Positions 1-6,863 of a stretch of 33,532 nt of DNA are shown piece by piece (position 1 is the stretch's first letter; every line of letters begins with the position of its first letter). The stretch is from a bacterium (GTDB taxonomy: Bacteria; Cyanobacteriota; Vampirovibrionia; Gastranaerophilales; Gastranaerophilaceae): contig JAFUZZ010000005.1 in the NCBI GenBank assembly GCA_017476325.1, forward strand, positions 1-33,532, read 5' to 3'. The position numbers and the translations under genes were made by a program. The notes beneath the pieces are model-generated. The model made no database searches and had not been told where the DNA came from. It worked only from the letters and a program-made list of their open reading frames with translations.

Positions 1-11
1 AAATTGTTCAT
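1..11 (-). CDS. Extreme 5' end of a minus-strand gene that runs off the left edge (only ATG plus 2-3 codons visible); product unknown
   Basis: Reverse complement of 9-11 is ATG. Reverse complement of 18-22 is GGAGG, 6 nt upstream on the minus strand. The gene body lies outside the window. Confidence 0.3.
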
Positions 12-70
12 AAAATACCTCCTGGTTTATTAACTACAATTTCATTATAACCCATGCCTCAAAAAATTTC

Positions 71-264
71 AACCCCATGATGGGGACCAACAGAAACAGC
101 CTTTTTCGAATTTTTCGACTCACATTTTTTTCAACATACTCGATATATTCATTCGAAAAATTCGGGCTGTGTGTGCAACCATATTAGACTCCTTTTGTCT
201 AATATGTGTTTGAACTTGCACACCCCTTGTAACGTTTTTTAGTACATGGGGTTGTATTTTTTTT
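71..264. other. Nested inverted-repeat region (candidate structured RNA or TIR-bounded palindromic element)
   Basis: Pairings: 71-79/245-253 (9 bp); 97-101+107-118/153-164+165-169 (5+12 bp); 171-178/216-223 (8 bp) enclosing 180-189/197-206 (10 bp). A T8 run lies at 257-264. The repeats are certain; the function is unknown. Confidence 0.4.
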
Positions 265-395
265 GAATATGTGTTATTATCAAAATGTAGATTTTTATTT
301 TATATTATTATTGGTTAGAATTTATAGCGAAAATTATTGTTTTAGTTTAATTAAAAGAGTTTAGAGGAAATCCCCTAAAAAGAGGCTACTAAGTT

Positions 396-1586
396 ATGTA
401 TGTAAACAAATGTATCAAGTGCGGCAAGGAGTTTGAAACAAAAAACCCAAAACGTGTAATATGTCCGGAATGCCTATACGCAGAACGCTCAGCGGAAATA
501 TCAAACGAAATAAAAGAAGATACAAACGGACAAGGGCAAGGGCAAGAACAAAGACAATCGTTCTATAGCAGTTATTCCTATAATTCGCCAAACGACAATC
601 AAGACTCTCAAAGGAGTTTCGGAGGATATGAAAGAAATAACCGTCAAAACTCCTACAACAGCGGAGGATACAATCGTAACAATTACGGTGACAGGCGCCC
701 GCAACAAAACCGTTACAACCAAGGTGGGTACAGTCAGGGTAATCAAGGCGGAGGATACAATCGCAACAATTACGGTGACAGGCGTCCGCAACAAAATCGT
801 TACAATCAAGGTGGATACAGTCAAGGTAATCAAGGCGGCGGGTACAATCGAAACAACTACGGCGACAGGCGTCCGCAACAAAATCGTTACAATCAAGGTG
901 GACAACAAGGCGGTTACAACCAAAACAGGTTTAATAACAACAGACGTCCTAACAACTTTAACAGACAAAGACCGCGTCCGCAAAGACCACAGCAACAAAA
1001 AACTTTATTGGTTAACAGAGAACAGCTTGAACAAATAGAATTGCTCTATAAACAAATGTTGCCGTTACCAAACCCTGATGCTCATGAAGTTATCGGTGAA
1101 AAAATAGGGCTTGAACCAAGAAAAGTGTTCTTTGGCATAAATTTGGTAAGACAAAAAATGATGCTTCCGAAATTACCGTTCCCTAAACGTAAATTGGCAA
1201 TTTCTCCTGAGCAAATGTTTGCTATCCAAAACCTTTATGAACCGTTGTTACCTCTTCCTCCTATAGGTTGTCACAAAATTATTGCGGCTCAACTTAAAAT
1301 GGACGAGTGGCGAGTGCATGTCGGAATTGGACTTATAAGAGCAAAATTGGGACTTGACCGTTGGAACCCTGACAGACCGGATGCCCCTGAAGAGTTTAAA
1401 AAAGCGGCGGAACAAAAAGCCGAAAATCAACCAACGGAACAAATTACCGAAGAAAAACCTAAGAAAACTACGCGTAAGAAAAAAACAGAAGAGTCAACAG
1501 AAATAGAAAAATCTGACATCGCCAATGAAGAACAAGAAGAAAAACCTAAAAAGAAAACTACGCGCAAAAAGAAAGTTGAAGAATGA
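396..1586 (+). CDS. Protein of unknown function: zinc ribbon, low-complexity N/Q/G/R/Y repeats, tandem HTH-like modules, lysine-rich tail
   Basis: ATG at 396 with AGAGG about 12 nt upstream. N-terminal CxxC-x13-CxxC (CIKCG...CPEC). Three 29-aa tandem repeats. Two mutually similar ~50-aa helical modules (REQLEQIELLYKQMLPLPNPDAHEVIGEKIGL... and PEQMFAIQNLYEPLLPLPPIGCHKIIAAQLKM...). Duplicated EEKPKKTTRKKK tail. The stop overlaps the rimM start (ATGA at 1583-1586). Confidence 0.8.
   Translation: MYVNKCIKCGKEFETKNPKRVICPECLYAERSAEISNEIKEDTNGQGQGQEQRQSFYSSYSYNSPNDNQDSQRSFGGYERNNRQNSYNSGGYNRNNYGDRRPQQNRYNQGGYSQGNQGGGYNRNNYGDRRPQQNRYNQGGYSQGNQGGGYNRNNYGDRRPQQNRYNQGGQQGGYNQNRFNNNRRPNNFNRQRPRPQRPQQQKTLLVNREQLEQIELLYKQMLPLPNPDAHEVIGEKIGLEPRKVFFGINLVRQKMMLPKLPFPKRKLAISPEQMFAIQNLYEPLLPLPPIGCHKIIAAQLKMDEWRVHVGIGLIRAKLGLDRWNPDRPDAPEEFKKAAEQKAENQPTEQITEEKPKKTTRKKKTEESTEIEKSDIANEEQEEKPKKKTTRKKKVEE
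663..923 (+). repeat. In-frame tandem repeat, 3 x 87 nt (29 aa: GGYNRNNYGDRRPQQNRYNQGGYSQGNQG), third copy degenerate at its 3' end
   Basis: Copies start at 663, 750 and 837, all at first codon positions of the 396 ORF. Copy 1 vs copy 2 has 6 differences, all at synonymous third positions. Confidence 0.95.
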
Positions 1587-2092
1587 AATACATCTCTATA
1601 GGTAAAATTCTTAATTTTCACGGTATTAAGGGCGAGGCGAAAATAGGGTATTCAAAGTCTCAAGCGGAATTTTTGTCAACCCTAAAATCTGTTCTTATAA
1701 AAATTGATAGCACATACGAAACACTGACTATTTCATCTTGCAAGTTCAACAAAAATTTTGCAATAATGAAATTCAAGGAAATTAATTCAATAAATGATAT
1801 TATCCCATACAAGGGACAACTTCTTTACGTTGAACAAACATCACTTAAAGAAAAACTCTCCGATGATGAATTTCTTATTGAGGATTTAGTCGGACTTGAC
1901 GTATATAATCAATCTGACGAAAAAGTCGGAATTGTGATTGGAATTTCAAACAACGGAACAAACGATTATTTGAACATTAAAACAAAAACAAAACGAACTT
2001 CCCTCGTTCCATTTATCAAGGAACTTGTCCCAAGCGTTGATATAGAAAATAAAAAAGTTATTATAAGCAATCTTGAGGGTTTAATTGAATGA
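1583..2092 (+). CDS. rimM: 16S rRNA processing protein RimM
   Basis: 169 aa. The N-terminus ISIGKILNFHGIKGEAKI is the RimM-type motif. The size fits, and the gene sits directly upstream of trmD and overlaps it (ATGA at 2089-2092). Confidence 0.85.
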   Translation: MKYISIGKILNFHGIKGEAKIGYSKSQAEFLSTLKSVLIKIDSTYETLTISSCKFNKNFAIMKFKEINSINDIIPYKGQLLYVEQTSLKEKLSDDEFLIEDLVGLDVYNQSDEKVGIVIGISNNGTNDYLNIKTKTKRTSLVPFIKELVPSVDIENKKVIISNLEGLIE

Positions 2093-2775
2093 AATTCTCG
2101 ATTATGACGCTTTTTCCCGAAATAATTTCAGGATATTGTAACCAAAGCATAATAAAAAGAGCATGCGAAAAAGGAATTATTGAAACAGAAATTATCAATC
2201 CGCGTGATTTTACTCTTGATAAACACAAAAAAGTTGACGATACCCCTTACGGCGGCGGTGCAGGGATGGTTTTGATGGCTCAACCGTTTGTGGACGCTTA
2301 CGAAAGCATTGTCAAAATCGAAAACTCTCAGACAATTATGTTAACCCCGCAAGGCGAAATTTTTAATGACAAAATGTCAAACGAATTGGCATCTTTTGAT
2401 CAAATAATTTTAATATGCGGTCATTACGAGGGGTTTGACGAAAGAATAAGAACAATAATCCAACCGAGAGAAATTTCAATCGGAGATTTTGTCTTGACGG
2501 GCGGAGAACTTCCGGCACTTTGCATGCTCGATGCAATAAGCCGTAAAATTGAAGGAACTTTGGGCAAAATAGAATCCGCGCATCATGACAGTTTTTCGGC
2601 AGGGTTACTTGAGCATGCTCAATATACCAAACCTCGTAGTTTTAGAGGACTTGAAGTTCCCGAAGTACTTTTGAACGGAAATCATGCAGAAATTGAAAAA
2701 TTTAGGCTTGAGGACAGTATTGCACGCACAAAAGCAAAAAGAAAAGACCTGTTCGATAATTGGAACAAGTCTTAA
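2089..2775 (+). CDS. trmD: tRNA (guanine37-N1)-methyltransferase TrmD
   Basis: 228 aa. TrmD motifs: MTLFPE, DDTPYGGGAGMV, CGHYEGFDERI, SIGDFVLTGGELPA. Confidence 0.95.
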   Translation: MKFSIMTLFPEIISGYCNQSIIKRACEKGIIETEIINPRDFTLDKHKKVDDTPYGGGAGMVLMAQPFVDAYESIVKIENSQTIMLTPQGEIFNDKMSNELASFDQIILICGHYEGFDERIRTIIQPREISIGDFVLTGGELPALCMLDAISRKIEGTLGKIESAHHDSFSAGLLEHAQYTKPRSFRGLEVPEVLLNGNHAEIEKFRLEDSIARTKAKRKDLFDNWNKS

Positions 2776-2803
2776 CCTTCTCTTTATCTCAATGTCTATT
2801 TAA

Positions 2804-4564
2804 CTATTTGTTTGCTTTTTTAGCTTCTTTTTCCGCTAGCTTTGCTTCTTTTTTAGCGTCTTTTTCTTTTGCTTGTTGGGCTTCTTTCATTACACGTTTT
2901 GTAATTTTATCATCCGGCAAGTCGTTTCCTCTTGCAATATCATCAGGATCAACGTTCTTTAACCAAATTTCTTTTGTTGTTTCGTGTAAATATTGTTTTG
3001 AATTATCGGTGATTGTATTGATAATTTCATCAACTGATTTTCCGTTGTATTCTTCAAGTTCAGCAAATCCCAAAACTTTTTTGAAATTGTTTGCCAACAC
3101 GTAAGACATATTTTTAAACGTATTGGAATCTTTTATTTGTTCAGTTTCCGCAGTTGAACTAGGATTTTCACTTGTGATATTTTTAACTTCAACTCCGTCA
3201 TCAGTCAATTTTTTGTAGTTGTTTTCACCGATTTCAGGTCTTAATTTTTGCAATACTTTTGAGGTCAATTTATAACCTTGGAAATAATTATCAACATCCA
3301 ACGGTTCTGCTCTGTAAGATCTGTCAAATCTAAAGCTCTTGTTATAGTTTTTACTTGCGTCAAGCGGAATATTGATATTTTCAACACCATGACCGCCGTT
3401 TTGGAAAATTAAAACTTCTCTCAATGTCAAAGGTACAGTTTTATCTTTTCTGTGTTCGCTCAAGTAATACAAGCAATATTTAAGAACATCGGCAGTACCC
3501 GTAACATCGGCTAACGCATCGTGAGCGTTTTCCATTTGTTTACAGAACAACCAGTGATATTGGAATCCCAATTTTTTCTTAGCACCCAAGAACGGATGTA
3601 TTCTTTGGATTAGCAAGAATGGGTCGAGAACTTCCGCCATATTTCTTTCTTCAATTTGGTTGCCTGAATAAATATTGTGTTCTCTGATTTCTCTGTTTAA
3701 CAAAGGTACGTCGAATTTTGCGTTATATGCACAAAGAACACCGTTTTTCTTATTAATTACTTTATCAGTAAATGTTTTTAAGAATTTTTCAATGGTTGGT
3801 TTGTCCTTAACCATTTCATCACTAATTCCGTGAACAGCCTCTGCACCTGCCGGCATTGGAATTTCAGGATTGATTAACTGGTCACAAACACCAAATTTTG
3901 TAACTTGACCATGTTTCATCGGAATTGTTGCAATCTGTACGATTTTATCAACTTTAGGATTTGGACCTGTTGTTTCCGTATCGAAGATTACCGCATCAAG
4001 AATTAATTTTCCTTTTTTATCTGTAATCGGAATGTCCAATTCTTTGTGATTATCTAAGTCATACAAGTATTCCAAGTTTTTAGCATAGTGCTGTTCTTTC
4101 ATATAATCAGAGTTCAATGAGTGAGAAACAGCCAAAGGTGCGCGTCTGTTTTCAGGGTTATATCTTTTTACCCATTGAGTACCGAACGCAGAACCCTCTG
4201 CATAAGTTTCCGCTAATGCAAGTGAAAATCTGTGTGCGGTAATTTCGTCTTTTGTTGCTTTTACAATGTTTAAAGGTTCTGAAGCAATTTTTTCATATCC
4301 CACTTTTAAGAAGTCAATGAAATCTTTTCCTTTAGTATAAATTCCTGATCCTTGGAATTGTTTTCCGTTAACTTTTTGGATTACGTTTGTTTCTAATCTC
4401 AAACCGCCGAAACTTTGTTTATTCATGTTTAACGGAGTATAATAAACATTTGAAATTTCGTTTCTTTGAGGATAAACCGGTTTCATAGCAGCGGGTCTTG
4501 ACATGTTAGCCGCTTTATAATTATTGTTTACCTTATCTGTTTTTTTAATTGATAATACTTGCAT
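2804..4564 (-). CDS. Large protein with a central DEDDh (DnaQ/RNase T-like) 3'-5' exonuclease domain; flanking domains unknown
   Basis: ATG at 4564 with AGGTG 5 nt upstream. Exo I is FDTETTG (aa ~194). Exo II is AYNAKFDVPLL (aa ~279). Exo III is AHDALADV (aa ~347). About 190 aa N-terminal and 215 aa C-terminal have no motif I recognise. The tail is K/E/A-rich. Confidence 0.8.
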   Translation of the reverse strand: MQVLSIKKTDKVNNNYKAANMSRPAAMKPVYPQRNEISNVYYTPLNMNKQSFGGLRLETNVIQKVNGKQFQGSGIYTKGKDFIDFLKVGYEKIASEPLNIVKATKDEITAHRFSLALAETYAEGSAFGTQWVKRYNPENRRAPLAVSHSLNSDYMKEQHYAKNLEYLYDLDNHKELDIPITDKKGKLILDAVIFDTETTGPNPKVDKIVQIATIPMKHGQVTKFGVCDQLINPEIPMPAGAEAVHGISDEMVKDKPTIEKFLKTFTDKVINKKNGVLCAYNAKFDVPLLNREIREHNIYSGNQIEERNMAEVLDPFLLIQRIHPFLGAKKKLGFQYHWLFCKQMENAHDALADVTGTADVLKYCLYYLSEHRKDKTVPLTLREVLIFQNGGHGVENINIPLDASKNYNKSFRFDRSYRAEPLDVDNYFQGYKLTSKVLQKLRPEIGENNYKKLTDDGVEVKNITSENPSSTAETEQIKDSNTFKNMSYVLANNFKKVLGFAELEEYNGKSVDEIINTITDNSKQYLHETTKEIWLKNVDPDDIARGNDLPDDKITKRVMKEAQQAKEKDAKKEAKLAEKEAKKANK

Positions 4565-4613
4565 TTTTACACCTACTATACCTTTGTTCCCACTTTAAAA
4601 TCTTTTCGATTTT

Positions 4614-6761
4614 TTAACCCTTATCGGAATTTTGTTCCGCACTTGGTTTTCTGATAGGAATTTTCTTATCCTTAATTTTTTCGTATTGAGATTCTGAGTA
4701 ATCCCAGTCCATATCGAATTGTTTGATAAACACATTCTTAGCCAATGACGGTGCTTCAAAAGCAACTGATATTTCGTTGTTACCTCTTGAATATCTTTGT
4801 TTTGAAAGTTGACGTCTTTGGATAATTGCGTAGTATCCGAGAACTGTTCTCAATTCGGAAAGCGGATCTTTATCTTTTGTTTGATATTTATAATCTTTTG
4901 TTACGCCTTCTTTAGTTTTTACGGTAATCTTTTTAGATCCGTTCATAATTTCGTAGTTTTTGTCATCAAGTTCAAATTGTGCGTAACCTGATTTTTTCAA
5001 TGAATTATACGCTTGTTTAAGAATATTTTTTCTGTGTTTCAAGTCGTTGTAAACTTCTTCTGAACCGTCCCATTTAATTTCATCAAGGTGAAGTTTTTCT
5101 TCATTTGCTCTGACTTGATTGAAAGATTCTTGAATTCTGCCGTCGATTTCGGCAGTTGCTAATTGATAGTCTTTTCTTCTTCCTGTTCCCAGGTTTTGGT
5201 TCAAACCTTTAGATGACCAGTTTGTAGAACCAATCATAACTTCTTTATTATCAAACACAGCCCATTTTGCGTGCATTCTTTGGTTAGTATCTTTATTTGC
5301 TTTGTAAACTCTAACAGGAACACCTGCTTCTACCAATTCATCATAAGCGTTTTCGCAATAAGGGAACTGTTGTTTAATACTTGCTTCAATGATAAACTTA
5401 GCATCAAGTTCGCCTTTTTTGTGTCTTTCGATAACTGTTTTAACAAGTTCTTTATCCGTCAAAACGAACAATTCGCCTCTCATTTTCTTACAAGTTTTGA
5501 TTTTATTCATCAAATATTCACGGGAAGATTCCATGCCTTTTTCGCCGACAAGAGCAAGTTCTTTTGGTTTTGTACCCAAAACTTTGATTGCCGGAGCACT
5601 CATCGGATGAGCCTTAATCAAATCCAAACGACCTTCTTTATATCTGTTTTTAGCCTCTTCGGTGCCAAAATATTCTTTTAATAATTGATCGTATTCAACA
5701 CTTTCTTGTTTAATTTCTTTGTTTTTACCTGAGTAAAGTGCTTGTTGTTCTTTGTTTAAAGGTCCTGGAGCAAGTTCTGTTTCTCCGAGTCTTTGCCATG
5801 ACAACTTCCAGTCAGGGTTAAAGTGCATTGCAATTAAGTTATCAACTTCACCGTTTCTCTTACCCGGCAGAGTTTCAATGGCAACGGAACCATCATGGTT
5901 TGCCATTGAGTGTGTACCCCAGTTCATACCGCCAACAAGAGCCTTTTTACCGTCAACGATTACCAACTTAATGTGTTGTAAAGATGAACCCTGTTGAGAT
6001 GCTCTCGGATAAGGAACAACGTCAATATTTTTATCCTTGAGGAATTTAATCATGTCTTTGTTTGCAAAGTGAGCAACTTTGTTTCCTTTTCCGTCAATAT
6101 ACCATTTGTGAGCGTCCAAAATAATTTGAACTTTCATGTCAGGATTTTCTTCTTTTTTCTTAACAATATTCCAAAGAAGCTGTTGTTGTTCTTTTGCACC
6201 CGGAACATTTTCCGCTCCGTTTTGTGACCAATATTTGCCGTCAACAGAAAGGTTTTGGAATTCAAACATTTCAACTTGTATTGACTCTTTTGCGCCCTTA
6301 ACAAATTCTATTGCTTTTTTGAAATATTGACCGCCATCAATTAAAGTAGTAACTTTTGAATTTCCGACAACCGCACTCTTACTTGCAACTGCTGCGATTT
6401 GCGGTTTCAAATCCAATTTCAAATTAGCTTTGAGCCATTCTGTTGTAGGAAGTCCTGCTTTGTAAGCACGTTTTTCGATTTCATCGACCAAATTAGCAGC
6501 AATATTTGTTAAAGTTCCAAAAGGACCCTCTGTTGTCGGTTTAATAGGGTTTTGGAAAACCTGATTTGCCGCTTTGGCTGCTTTTGCCGCTTTTTGAGTT
6601 TGCACTCCGGCAAAAGAAATGTATCGGTTTCTTAATTTAGCCGAATTGTCAAGTGCTGACATTCCCATAATCTTACTAATCACTACACATACTCCTACAA
6701 TTAGAATAATTACACTACTTCTATATAGGTAGTAAAACATGCCCAAGAATTTATTTAACAC
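4614..6761 (-). CDS. Phospholipase D superfamily protein with two HKD motifs and an N-terminal transmembrane anchor
   Basis: HKD1 is LQHIKLVIVDGKKALVGGMNWG (H263/K265/D270). HKD2 is RMHAKWAVFDNKEVMIGSTNWS (H497/K499/D504). Hydrophobic segment YLYRSSVIILIVGVCVVISKIMGM near the N-terminus. The start is uncertain: GTG at 6761, or ATG at 6740. Confidence 0.8.
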   Translation of the reverse strand: MLNKFLGMFYYLYRSSVIILIVGVCVVISKIMGMSALDNSAKLRNRYISFAGVQTQKAAKAAKAANQVFQNPIKPTTEGPFGTLTNIAANLVDEIEKRAYKAGLPTTEWLKANLKLDLKPQIAAVASKSAVVGNSKVTTLIDGGQYFKKAIEFVKGAKESIQVEMFEFQNLSVDGKYWSQNGAENVPGAKEQQQLLWNIVKKKEENPDMKVQIILDAHKWYIDGKGNKVAHFANKDMIKFLKDKNIDVVPYPRASQQGSSLQHIKLVIVDGKKALVGGMNWGTHSMANHDGSVAIETLPGKRNGEVDNLIAMHFNPDWKLSWQRLGETELAPGPLNKEQQALYSGKNKEIKQESVEYDQLLKEYFGTEEAKNRYKEGRLDLIKAHPMSAPAIKVLGTKPKELALVGEKGMESSREYLMNKIKTCKKMRGELFVLTDKELVKTVIERHKKGELDAKFIIEASIKQQFPYCENAYDELVEAGVPVRVYKANKDTNQRMHAKWAVFDNKEVMIGSTNWSSKGLNQNLGTGRRKDYQLATAEIDGRIQESFNQVRANEEKLHLDEIKWDGSEEVYNDLKHRKNILKQAYNSLKKSGYAQFELDDKNYEIMNGSKKITVKTKEGVTKDYKYQTKDKDPLSELRTVLGYYAIIQRRQLSKQRYSRGNNEISVAFEAPSLAKNVFIKQFDMDWDYSESQYEKIKDKKIPIRKPSAEQNSDKG

Positions 6762-6807
6762 ATGCTTTCAAACATTTTTACAAAACTTCACAAAATATTA
6801 CATGAGT

Positions 6808-6847
6808 AATAAAAGAGGGCGACTAAAAGATGAACTTGTAGTCACCC
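6808..6847 (-). terminator. Hairpin plus T-rich tract downstream of the pilin-like gene
   Basis: Arms 6817-6825 gggcgacta and 6839-6847 tagtcaccc give a 9-bp stem with one mismatch and a 13-nt loop. On the minus strand it is followed by tcttttatt. The arm sequence matches the TIR of the element at 14085-14361. Confidence 0.45.
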
Positions 6848-6863
6848 ACCCTATTAATTATTG

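Noticed and set aside
663-923. Possible CRISPR array or non-coding satellite
   Set aside because: The repeats are directly abutting with no spacers. They are in frame within a long ORF and conserved at the protein level.
501-1038. ORFs 501-998 (minus) and 628-1038 (plus, alternative frame) overlapping the zinc-ribbon/low-complexity gene
   Set aside because: They are shadow frames of the 87-nt tandem repeats. All inter-copy substitutions are synonymous only in the frame of the 396-1586 ORF, and the shadow translations are repetitive V/T/I strings.
2776-2803. Expected rplS downstream of trmD
   Set aside because: Only 28 nt separate trmD from a convergent gene, and no rplS-like ORF is present in the window.
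2760-3104. 114-aa plus-strand ORF overlapping the 3' end of the exonuclease gene
   Set aside because: It is the antisense shadow of the K/E/A-rich tail (a repetitive F/S/A/L translation). It has no RBS and overlaps a well-supported gene.
2804-4564. Annotating the DEDDh protein as DNA polymerase III epsilon (dnaQ)
   Set aside because: It is 586 aa with large unrelated flanks and no replication context. Only the generic DEDDh fold is supported.
5271-6330. Several 60-136-aa plus-strand ORFs antisense to the PLD gene
   Set aside because: They are F/L/S/C-rich antisense shadows of an AT-rich gene, with no RBS or motifs.
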